From Ophelia neglecta (Eukaryota): a stretch of DNA of 64,000 nt. Numbering within the stretch: position 1 is the first letter of the stretch; each line of letters starts with the position of its first letter. This document shows positions 12,301 through 24,300 of this stretch, piece after piece. The notes beneath the pieces are model-generated. The model did no database searches. It saw nothing but the letters and a program-made list of their open reading frames with translations, and was not told the DNA's origin. Location: positions 78,864,001-78,928,000 of the forward strand of contig OZ260663.1 of assembly GCA_965285935.1 (NCBI GenBank), in the 5' to 3' direction. Both the position numbers and the translations under genes were made by a program.

Positions 12301-13018
12301 GTCAGAAAAACCCAACAATGAAACATAAGGTAAGGTCCAAAAAACCCAACAATAAAACATTAGGTAAAGTCGGTGAATCCCAACAATAAAAAACTAGGTA
12401 AGGTCAAAGAATCCAACAATAAGACACTTGAGAAAGGTCAGGCAAGCCTAGCAAGATCATGAAGTTCCAGAAATTATACACTAGGAAAGAACACACAGTC
12501 CCAAAAATAATAAACTAGGCACTCCCAATAAAAGTCACTAGAAAAGGTCAGGCAGTCTAAATAATAATACACTAGAAAAGGTCAGGCAGTCTAAATAATA
12601 ATACACTAGAAAAGGTCAGGCAGTTCCATTGATGATGCATTAGATGGTCTCTGCAAAAAAACACCATTCATGGAACATGTTTACTCTGTGCATGAGACTC
12701 TTTATGCTAAACATATCCAGTTTCATAGGACCAAATTCAACATTGCACAACATGCTTTACTGTTATTATACAACTTAAAGAGAAAATGTCCAATTCTCAA
12801 TAATTATACATATGTTGGAAGCAATGGGTGTACATGTATAGGATATTATTAATGAGATGATCTTTTATTTGTTAGCTTCTTGCTGTGGTGACGAATGCCT
12901 CATGATGTGGGACTGTTTTGAGGTCAACAAGACACCAAGCAGACGACGATCACAGGCGGCAAGTCTTGGCAGTCCTAAAAACTGCTCCCCTCTCATGAGA
13001 ATGATGACTCTACGGTGA
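9082..13018 (+). CDS. CDC20: CDC20/Fizzy-family WD40 APC/C activator, divergent paralogue, 8 exons, 479 aa
   Basis: join(9082-9388,9742-9870,10332-10531,10661-10773,10928-11180,11436-11558,11952-12123,12876-13018) = 1440 nt, open throughout, all introns GT-AG with consistent phases. Motifs: C-box [60 protein letters not shown]-terminal LR. Orthology to canonical CDC20 is not established. Confidence 0.9.
9742..9870 (+). CDS. CDC20-like exon 2
   Basis: ccgtag| ...[21 protein letters not shown] |gtaagt. Confidence 0.88.
10332..10531 (+). CDS. CDC20-like exon 3 (WD40)
   Basis: ctacag| [16 protein letters not shown]...[12 protein letters not shown] |gtaaca. Confidence 0.88.
10661..10773 (+). CDS. 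CDC20-like exon 4 (WD40)
   Basis: ttctag| TWDSRN...[14 protein letters not shown] |gtgagg. Confidence 0.85.
10928..11180 (+). CDS. CDC20-like exon 5 (WD40)
   Basis: gtgtag| [13 protein letters not shown]...[13 protein letters not shown]...AHSSPVK |gtgaga. Confidence 0.85.
11436..11558 (+). CDS. CDC20-like exon 6 (WD40)
   Basis: ggggag| [20 protein letters not shown]...DTKSQ |gtacct. Confidence 0.85.
11952..12123 (+). CDS. CDC20-like exon 7 (WD40)
   Basis: caatag| [18 protein letters not shown]...LWKYP...[13 protein letters not shown] |gtaagg. Confidence 0.9.
12105..12625 (+). repeat. Degenerate ~34-bp minisatellite derived from the exon 7 / intron 7 junction
   Basis: The unit cccaacaataaaacactaggtaaggtcagagaat recurs with decay through the intron; the first copy spans the real donor. 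Confidence 0.75.
12876..13018 (+). CDS. CDC20-like exon 8 (last WD40 strand and LR tail)
   Basis: tgttag| [16 protein letters not shown]...MMTLR*. Confidence 0.88.
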
Positions 13019-13381
13019 AACACCTGGTTGATAACACCAAGTCGGAGGGTTATGTAATCCCTTTAACACTTATATTAAATTCTATATCATTTCTACTTAA
13101 ACAGGAAAAAAAAATGTTCAGTTGAATATCATGTATTTTTGTAAGCTACAACTTTCTAACAATTATTATGTTTACTTTGTTACTTATAATGTGACTGTTT
13201 TGTTCAGTTGGGAGAGTTGTTATTGGGGTATTGTTTTCTTTTAGTGTTATTTGTTACTATTCTTGAGCAATGTGAAGAGCACAAAGCACTTTGTTTGTTG
13301 ACATTTATACACCTAATTTTGCACCTTTGCATTTGTTGAAAATTTGACATTGGAAAGATTTGTTGACCATGATATTTTGAA

Positions 13382-13387
13382 AATAAA
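13382..13387 (+). promoter_or_regulatory. Probable poly(A) signal of the CDC20-like gene
   Basis: First AATAAA seen after the stop, following a U-rich 3' UTR. Confidence 0.5.
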
Positions 13388-15195
13388 AGTTAATTTATCA
13401 AGAACTTTATTCTGGTTGTATATCAAATTTGATTAACTAAACTGGTTAAAAAATTTTATGTTACTACTCTGGTTATGGTTATTGACAATCTAAGTTTTCA
13501 AACTAGAATTAACTTGCTTTTTGATTTGTTTTTTCTTTAGTTGTTGATTATTTTCTGTTAGAAGTCAATTCTGGGGCAGCTGTGAATTTATTCTGTTTCC
13601 ATTTAATACATTACAAGTTCCACACAGAAGAATCACAATCAGTTACTTTAAATTGAGGATTCAACAAATCTTGTCAGAAAAAAATTGGGGTAATTAAAAA
13701 GGTTTTTCAGATATATTCTCCAGCCTAAAATAATTCGTAATGTATATTGCATGTCCACTGAAATTTAGTTATTTTTTCCAAACAAAACCTTTACCAGCTT
13801 GTCCATTATTCTGACTGTATCAAGCCTATTCAAGTTTGAATGCATACACTCTTGACACTAAGAATAATTACTTTCATACATCTCTTGTATATTTCTTAAC
13901 ATCATAAAGTGCTAATAAGCAACATCATTCATAACAATTTGAGGAGCTACAATATATTTTCAAGTATACATTATAATCATATCACATCAACTGAAAACCG
14001 TGCAATACTTCAGCCATCCTTATACACAATACACAGCTTTGACTTCTTTTTGAGACATTGAGCACCACTCTATTCGACTTCACATCCATTTTACTCATCA
14101 ATATTAAGTAATATTATTATTACAGATAATCACTATTTAATACTATTACTCCAATGACAAATTCAGGCTTTTCAAAGATCTCATTTAAAATATTGCAATA
14201 ACATGAACAATTGATCAGACTTTTAGCACAACTGTAATTGGCTTCGCGGCAATAAGAAGCAGTATTAAAAACGTTTCAAATGCGATGACTGAAAGTATTC
14301 CCAGCTATCCTATGAAAGGAATTCCTAGCCAGGAGCTGACTTTCATTTTCCCTAAATATCTGTAGTTATAATGAGTAGAAGTTACTTATTCATTTGGACC
14401 ATCAAAGGTAAGGAGATGTAAAGGATCTATAAAAATGAAAAAGAATAAAGAATATACAAACTTCCACACAAAATACCCTCATGCTCATTGAATTTCATTA
14501 ATGTAAAGTTTTTAATCACCTTTAATACACTCCTAACATTCAGTATAACAAGTAAAACTAGTTTTTGCAGCAGCGTGATAAACAATTCAACCGCAAACAA
14601 CATCATTTACATTGGTAACAATTTTTTAAATTGAGAAATTATGTCAATATTTCATTAAGATGGCAACAGAACACAATGGTGGATCTTCCCAGTAGCAGGG
14701 CATGCTAGGAGACCACATAACAGATCAGCTATAATTTATAAACACATTTCCTAGAGCATGTCACTAGGCAATGTCCATACCAAGTGCCTAAACCTCAAAC
14801 ACAGTCACACACATGGTCCTCATCCACTCCCACTGTGACCTAACCACAACACCGAGTCAGGCCTTGTCAGCTTTAACCACACTCGCTTTTCAGCGTTTAA
14901 TCAGCAGCATCCCGCATGATCCCTGAACCATGCACTAGGTACATCCAGTATCAAGGCTATTTCTTCGAATGGAAAAGAAAATCACCAACACTGATCACCA
15001 AGGCCCCAATTTTGGGAATGATAATGCACAGTCACACATAAACTTGACGAAAAGAGTGCTGACCTCTAGTGATCAGCTCAGTTTTTCACTAAATAATCCA
15101 TAGTCTGATTATTACACTACTCCTCTGGTACTGCTACATATGCTGGAATGTTCTAGGAATCAGTAGACCACAATTCTTGATCCACCGGCTACACA

Positions 15196-15330
15196 TTAAT
15201 GTACAATCTGGCCTCCTGTTTGAAGTCTCTGTACATGGGCGTAAATTTTGAGAGCTGGCCCCAGTTTGAGTGAAAGTCCCGTAAGCACATCACTTCTCTT
15301 CATCAACAGAAGAGATTTACCATCAATCTC
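15196..15330 (-). CDS. SAMD1-like exon 7 (SAM, C-half, stop)
   Basis: ttccag| [44 protein letters not shown]. Confidence 0.9.
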   Translation of the reverse strand, partial: EIDGKSLLLMKRSDVLTGLSLKLGPALKIYAHVQRLQTGGQIVH

Positions 15331-18300
15331 CTGGAAAAATTAAGTCAAATTTACTTTTACTAAATTGCTGGAATAACAAGGTTTCATTAATTGTGTAATG
15401 CATGTAGTCATAATACTGTTAATGGGGTCAAAACTTTGTTTGGAACTAAAAAGAACTGAGAGCCACCCACTGTCTTAAAGTCAAATATTGCATTTGAGGC
15501 ATCAACCTGTGTGAAACATATTTTACAAATTTAAGGCTAAAATGGCATTTCTTTTGTCCTGTGTTTTACATGTAGATTGTAATCGATTAAAAACGGAGAT
15601 ATTCTTATTCAGTGATAATGGTCAACGCAAAAAGTTGGTATAAAGTTTAGATTATAATCTGCACCTAAAAATTGATTAACAGATTTCACAAACATAAGCT
15701 TCATTTCTGAGAGCACACAAGCACACATCTCTTACCTGCTCTCTGAACACATCGGCCTGTTCTGGGAATCCCATTTCGTAAAAGAAGCCCACCACATCCT
15801 CAATGGTCCAGTCAGACGCATCAGGTACCTCCAGCTTCATGGTATTAGCCAGTTTGGGGATAGGTGCTAGCATTGTGCCATTCAGCTTGGCAGTGCTGGA
15901 AATGTATTAAATCATAGGTTCAGAAAACAACAAGATCAGCATAATTCCTTCCCTTGCTAGCAGAGTACACAGCTCCCTTCTCTTCGCTTGTAGCACTCTG
16001 CCGAAAATCTGTCAATGGGGAATTCCCTTATCTAATTTGCATACGAGGCGACCTCAAGTAACCTCTTACTGACCCGGCATATATATTTCTGTCGCTGTCC
16101 TGCAAGCACTGACCGTCTTACGAATCAGATATAGCCTTCAGCAACCTTGAAGAATTTCTCCCTGCCTTGTTACCCTGTAGAATGTCTCCCTGCCTGGTAA
16201 CCCTGTAGAATGTCTCCCTGCCTGGTAACCCTGTAGGATATCCCCTTGCCTGGTAACCCAGTGGGATGTCCCCTACCTAGTAACCCCATGGGATGTCCCC
16301 CTGTCTGGTAATCCAGGAGGACGTCCCCCTGTCTGGTAGCCCTGTTTAACACCCCCTCCTGATAATCCAGTAGTATGCCCACCTGCCTGGTCACTCTGTG
16401 GGATGTCCCCCTATCTGGTAACCCTGTAGAATATCCCTGTGGAAACTCTTGTTCAGTACATATTTCTAAACTGAATATTTTTTTTTTTAAACTAATAGTC
16501 ACAATGGTAGTCTTTTTGTTGTTGAAAAGTCCACGTTGACTAACTTATAAAACCATTAAACTTAAAGTATGGAGGAGTTAAAGAGAGTATACCTTTCTTT
16601 TCTGTCCGAGTCATCTTGGAATTGAACAGGAGAATCACTTGGTGTCGGCAGGCCCACATGACCTCTGCCCTCTCGGCCTTCTCTGCCCTCCCGGCCTTCT
16701 CGACGGTAGTGCTCATGTCTGGACGTCGCCTCTGTCTCCATGTCTCTCTCCTCAAAGTCCAGCTCAGTGGTGCATTTATTACACACCCATTTACCTACAG
16801 AAAACCCAAAGTATTCCAGCTCAGACACATGTTTGGGACAAACCCATTTACTCCAAGAAACAGGGATCGCCTCCTCAGACATGCACAGTCTATTCCAATT
16901 CACACTTTAAACAATTAAGAGGACCATTCACTTGGAGCACACAGTCAATCAAAACACATACACACAGAAAACAATAATTTTACGAATAGCCTGTTAGTAG
17001 TAGCATAGGGTGCCCTCTTGGTGCACTGATAACATTATGGCGGGAAAAAAGGTATAGCTGCCAGCACACCTATTTCTGCTACACCCCATAGATGAGTGAA
17101 GTAGTAAGTCTCAAGCAAACTGGCTTCTTGTGTCATGATCGTCAAGACGCAAAATATGCGAATTACAGTAAATGATGGAAATATTTTACAGGTATTTCGT
17201 TTCATTTTGGACTTTTACATAGTTGTGCTCCATTCTCTCTCAAATGAACAATAAACCGACCAAGAAGATGCACGAATATTTGTCATCAAAATCTCTTGGA
17301 TGTAGGGGACGTTGAATATTATCGAGTAAATTGCATACTTCACTTACGCCACACTGGTTTACCTTAACAAAAACAAAATCGCTGAAGGTAAGGCTTACAA
17401 CCAATACAACTATAGGGACCAAAAAACTAAATATATCTCATTCATATGTGCTTCTGTACACACACACCAAAAAACCCTCTCAGTTGTTATATACTTCCTG
17501 TCAAACCATTCAAGTACAGACAATAACAAGAAATCCATCTCTCATATATTCTATGCTTATTTCACAACAATTTAACACAGAAAAACGCTAAAATCAAGCT
17601 CATTCATACATTAACTGGCCGGTGATTGCATGCAGGATAATGTTGTAATCTACATGTAGCCCAGTCATACATATATACTACTGCAACTTAGTTTACCATG
17701 AATAATACAGACATCCAGTTCACTCGACAAATATTTACCCAAAGAAAAAGCAGGAAGTCTAGCTCTGGTTGATGTTAAACGTTTCTAAAGTGGAGCATCA
17801 AGGGATTTACCTGTAGGCTTCTCTTTGATGGGAGGTGTGTGACAGCTCATGTGATACCCTTTGTCACATGCGTCACAGAACAGCATGGCATCCTGAAATC
17901 ACACAGCATAGCACATTAATTAACTTGATCCTCTTTAATTAGCACAAAACACAATGCAGTGCCACTGTCACATTATGATTATCACTGACAAATGCAGGTG
18001 GTTAAAATGTCAATAGACACCTGCTAATACACCATGGTAACACCTGCTAAGAATGAGTAGGAATTTAGGCTTAAGATTGGATTTGAAAATTGAAATGAAT
18101 CTGTAGTTGATTATTTAAGAAATGCTTCTTGGACAATTAATTACGAAAGTGGGAGAAGGACAGGCCTGATTCCAAGATACAAAGTACATATTAAGGTATG
18201 AATGATAAACACAATGCTGTCTACTCGACCTGACAATTACCCAATGAAGGTGTGTGCCCAAACCTAGATAATTATAAACAATTAAGTGTGTGATAGTAAA

Positions 18301-21300
18301 ATGAATAATTTATCTATTTGTTCCTGTAATATTTGCAATAGGTCAATTATTGGTGCTCAAAGGGCTCAGTAAAATCACAAAATTTAATATTAGCTGCCAA
18401 TTTATGTGGTGATACAAGACATATATACAAATATACATGTACAATAGTCCAAATCACATTTACTGCTGGTGGTAACATATTCCAGCTCTGTTTTGAATCC
18501 AGAAGAATATTGATCATGTGTCAATCAGCACAACTGATAAAGGAATATGATTTTGCAACTGATTAATTGCAACTGACTAATACATATATTTATATATTAT
18601 TAAGATCTCCCCACTACTCCAGTACATGTATTTCTACTCTAGATATCTCACCACTTTGTATAAATGATCTACAATGGTTTCTGTCTAGTGCTGACAAACT
18701 GCCTTTGGTGAATAGACTTAAGCATTGCTAATTATATTGAGACATAGCATGTGGCTCAGTAAACCAGTTTGAATACAACTAGCTCACAGACCCATACTGT
18801 GTGTGACTACCCGTAGCTCACAGACCCATACTGTCTGTGACTACCCCTAGCTCACAGACATATACTGTATGTGACTACCCCTAGCTCACAGACCCTTACT
18901 GACTGTGACTGCCCCTAGCTCACAGACAAATACAGCCTGTGAATACCCCTAGCTCACAGACACATACTGTCTGTGACTACCCCTAGCTCACAGACACATA
19001 CTGTGTGTGACTACCCGTAGCTCACAGACCCATACTGTCTGTGACTACCCCTAGCTCACAGACCCATACTGTCTGTGACTACCCCCAGCTCACAGACCCA
19101 TACTGTGTGTGAATACCCCTAGCTCACAGACCCTTACTGTCTGTGACTACCCCTAGCTCACAGACCCATACAGCCTGTGACTGCCCCTAGCTCACAGACC
19201 CATAATGTCTGTGAATACCCCTAGCTCACAGAAACATACAGTCTGTGACTACCCCTAGCTCACAGACCCATACTGTCTGTGACTACCCCTAGCTCACAGA
19301 TACATACTGTCTGTGACTACCCCTAGCTCACAGACAAATACAGCCTGTGAATACCCCTAGCTCACAGACCCTTACTGACTGTGACTGCCCCTAGCTCACA
19401 GACAAATACAGCCTGTGACTACACCTAGCTCACAGACCCTTACTGACTGTGACTGCCCCTAGCTCACAGACAAATACAGCCTGTGACTACCCCTAGCTCA
19501 CAGACACATACTGTGTGTGACTACCCCTAGCTCACAGACCCATACTGTCTGTGACTACCCCTAGCTCACAGACCCATACAGCCTTTGACTACCCCTAGCT
19601 CACAGACCCATACAGCCTGTGACTGCCCCTAGCTCACAGACCCATACTGTCTGTGAATACCCCTAGCTCACAGATACATACTGTCTGTGACTACCCCTAG
19701 CTCACAGACCCATACTGTCTGTCACTACCCCTAGCTCACAGACCCATACTGTCTGTGACTACCCCTAGCTCACAGACCCATACTGTCTGTGACTACCCCT
19801 AGCTCACAGACCCTTACAGTCTGTGACTACCCCTAGCTCACAGACCCATACAGCCTGTGACTACCCGTAGCTCACAGACACATACTGTCTGTGACTACCC
19901 CTAGCTCACAGATACATACTGTCTGTGACTACCCCTAGCTCACAGACCCTTAGTGCCTGTGACTACCCCTAGCTCACAGACCCATACTGTCTGTGACATC
20001 CCCTAGCTCACAGACCCTTACTGTCTGTGACTACCCCTAGCTCACAGACCCTTACTGTCTGTGACTACCCCTAGCTCACAGACCCATACTGTCTGTCACT
20101 ACCCCTAGCTCACAGACCCATACTGTCTGTGACTACACCTAGCTCACAGACCCATACAGCCTTTGACTACCCCTAGCTCACAGACCCATACAGCCTGTGA
20201 CTACCCCTAGCTCACAGACCCATACAGCCTGTGACTACCCGTAGCTCACAGACACATACTGTCTGTGACTACCCCTAGCTCACAGATACATACTGTCTGT
20301 GACTACCCCTAGCTCACAGACCCTTACAGTCTGTGACTACCCCTAGCTCACAGACCCATACTGTCTGTGACATCCCCTAGCTCACAGACCCTTACTGTCT
20401 GTGACTACCCCTAGCTCACAGACCCATACAGCCTGTGACTACCCCTAGCTCACAGACCCATACAGCCTGTGACTACCCGTAGCTCACAGACACATACTGT
20501 CTGTGACTACCCCTAGCTCACAGATACATACTGTCTGTGACTACCCCTAGCTCACAGACCCTTACAGTCTGTGACTACCCCTAGCTCACAGACCCATACT
20601 GTCTGTGACATCCCCTAGCTCACAGACCCTTACTGTCTGTGACTACCCCTAGCTCACAGACCCTTACTGTCTGTGACTACCCCTAGCTCACAGACCCATA
20701 CTGTCTGTCACTACCCCTAGCTCACAGACCCATACTGTCTGTGACTACACCTAGCTCACAGACCCATACAGCCTTTGACTACCCCTAGCTCACAGACCCA
20801 TACAGCCTGTGACTACCCCTAGCTCACAGACCCATACAGCCTGTGACTACCCCTAGCTCACAGACACATACTGTCTGTGACTACCCCTAGCTCACAGATA
20901 CATACTGTCTGTGACTACCCCTAACTCACAGACACATACTGTCTGTGACTACCCCTAGCTCACAGACCCATACTGTCTGTGACATCCCCTAGCTCACAGA
21001 CCCTTACTGTCTGTGACTACCCCTAGCTCACAGACCCTTACTGACTGTGACTGCCCCTAGCTCACAGACAAATACAGCCTGTGACCTACAGTCTGTGACT
21101 ACCCCTAGCTCACAGACCCATACTGTCTGTGACATCCCCTAGCTCACAGACACATACAGCCTGTGACTACCCCTAGCTCACAGACACATACTGTCTGTGA
21201 CTACCCCTAGCTCACAGACCCATACTGTATGTGACTGCCCCTAGCTCACAGACCCATACTGTATGTGACTACCCCTAGCTCACAGGCCCATACTGTCTGT

Positions 21301-24300
21301 GACATCCCCTAGCTCACAGACACATACAGCCTGTGACTACCCCTAGCTCACAGACCCATACTGTCTGTGACATCCCCTAGCTCACAGACCCTTACTGTCT
21401 GTGACTACCCCTAGCTCACAGACCCTTACTGACTGTGACTGCCCCTAGCTCACAGACAAATACAGCCTGTGACCTACAGTCTGTGACTACCCCTAGCTCA
21501 CAGACCCTTACAGTCTGTGACTACCCCTAGCTCACAGGCCCATACAGCCTGTGACTACCCCTAGCTCACAGACCCTTACAGTCTGTGACTACCCCTAGCT
21601 CACAGACCCATACTGTCTGTGACATCCCCTAGCTCACAGGCCCATACTGTCTGTGACATCCCCTAGCTCACAGACACATACAGCCTGTGACTACCCCTAG
21701 CTCACAGACCCATACTGTCTGTGACATCCCCTAGCTCACAGACACATACAGCCTGTGACTACCCCTAGCTCTCAGACACATACTGTCTGTGAATGACGCT
21801 AGCCCAGCAATTACTACCGGCTATGGTACCAGTATTAACCCATGTCACCACGGCATGCCCACATCATTACAGGGAAGCTGGATCTCCATCCTTGGCCCTC
21901 TGGTCCCAGACATTAGCATAAAGGACTTAACATTGCTTTAGCTGGATGCAGGGCATGGTGCACTCGGAGGCACAGTAGCAAGTGCCTAATCTATTCAGCC
22001 TGTCTGCAGCCCAGTCACCTGCAAGCCTGTAGATGTACTGCCAACCAGTGCTTGTATATTTACACATTATTGAAGATCTAGGGGTACAGAGGAAGGCTCT
22101 GCCCGTATTTGACACAAAATCAATACTGAATACTATGCTCACAATCTACTGCAGATGCATATCAATATGTATCTCATCTGGCCTGCAAGAGTTAATCAAA
22201 CAATAGAACTGTAGCAGCCTATAAACAGTCCTTTTAGGATTTGAGATGAAACAATTCCATCACATATTTCATGAACCTAATTTCCCTCACCCAGTGCCCA
22301 CCATGATGTGGTGTAACAGGGGCACTGCAGACCAGCTAGACCTTATGGTAACACATATTCTAGACATGGCCATGAATAACTCTTCATTATTATGCAACAA
22401 ATAAATTATATTTGGGCAAAATGCCAAGTATAAATCATGCTGCATCAACGTTTGTTCCTGCATTATCAATATTGTTTTGGTTTGTTATTTATTACCACAT
22501 TTAAGTGCCTTGGTTAATTAAAGCACTCATTAAATGGCTGGTGACAATATTAATACAAATGTCTGGGCAGCAATAACCCAGATGAAGATCAAGTACAACA
22601 AATGGACACTCAGTTTTATTATTGTTCTATCAATATTAACCAAAAACAGCATGAGGCATTGTTTTTAAAATATATATAGATTGTGTACTCACGGGGTCTC
22701 CAGAGTCCTCACATATGTAGCAGGTCTTACAGTCGATACACTGCCAGGGAGAGGTTCTCGCTCGTCTGGCCAGCTCCTCAGAATACTCCATACAAGAAGG
22801 GTGGGCTGCAGGAACACGAGAGGGCATGCTTTAGTGTGGACAGTCACAGCTAGTCAAGTCAAACATGCAATCACACTAGTTCATCAAGCAGACGACAGAC
22901 AAGCTCATCTAGTGGGAGCTGTATTATTATTAGCCTCTGATCACCCAGGCACAAGCAATAAGGAGCAGCTTTAACAGGTGAACAACAAACAGAGCTCAAA
23001 GACACAGGTCTGTGTCAAAACAAGGACACCACCAATGTAAACTGTGATCAGGTTTACCAAGAACAACGTAATCCGATGAAATATGCAGCAAATCTACTTA
23101 ATATGGGTTCTGAAATGTGTCTCAGCTCGGAAGCACCGCCATGAATGGCTGTAACAAGGCTTGAGGAGAAGATGAATCGGGCTGCCAACACCACGGGTGG
23201 CTCGATGATGGCTGGCAGTGACTAACGATGGTGCATCCTCGTTATGGGGCGCTTACACCATTCTCGGCTTGCTGCTCGCATGCCTCAATGGGACTGCAGA
23301 ATTGCGTGGCTACAATCAATGATATGTCCCAGCCACCGCGCTGGTATTCAGGTACAAGTTCCATTGATTCTGGAAGCACACACACCTGGTCACCTGCTAT
23401 AGTGCCATCACAATGGCATGGTGAATACAGTCACTGGAATAAGGCAACCTTTATAGTGCCTACTCAAGTCACTAAAAATACTTAGCACAAGGGCTAGTGT
23501 TACCATGGCAACTGCAGGGAACAGCCATTGCAGAAGAGGAATGGACCAATTGGAAAGCAAGAGAATTTGAAGGAAATGATTTGTTGCACTTCTGATTTTA
23601 GATTAATCCGACCTTTTGGACTAGCACAATTAGATATTTATGTCTTAGTGCCTACACATGTATACACATGTATATATGTATATATATACATATGCCATAA
23701 ACCATGCACATTAACACCTTACTGCTGCCAACTAGCCTAGGTTGAACAAATACTAGGAAGACCAGGGCTAGATACACAACTTGTAAAACAGTAATCATGT
23801 CAAAACTACTGTACATAATAATAGGATACACACAACTTATAAACTGTATGTTTTTCCAGGGCTTTTTTCGTTAATAAACTGACACCGTTCACGGGCGTCT
23901 TCCCCTCCCAAACTAAGCTTAATTTTTTCCCATCTCTGAATAAAAAATCCCCTCCAGAGAAAAATGCTCTTTAAAAGGGGTTTGAAATTTTAAGATAATT
24001 TGAATTTTTCTGTAATATTCCCCTTTTGTAATAATCTACGCGTCAATTTTCCCCTGCTGATGGGCTATGGGCCCCTTCCCTCTCCTTTGAAAAAAAGCCC
24101 TGTTTTCTATTTGGGGGGAGGGGGGGGGGAAGACTGGCTTTTACTGTAGCAGTTAGAAAATGCTTCCACTTTGTAGCTAATTTGTAAACTTCCAGAAGTT
24201 TAATGCATAGACATTTCCTCTGACTAGTTTTATGGCACCCTATTCCATAATGCACATGTTTTCAAAGTACTAGAGTATCATTATCCAAGAAATAATGGTG

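Noticed and set aside
18779-21792. CRISPR-like appearance (34-bp palindromic repeats)
   Set aside because: Units are contiguous with no unique spacers, there are no cas genes, and the array lies in a eukaryotic intron.
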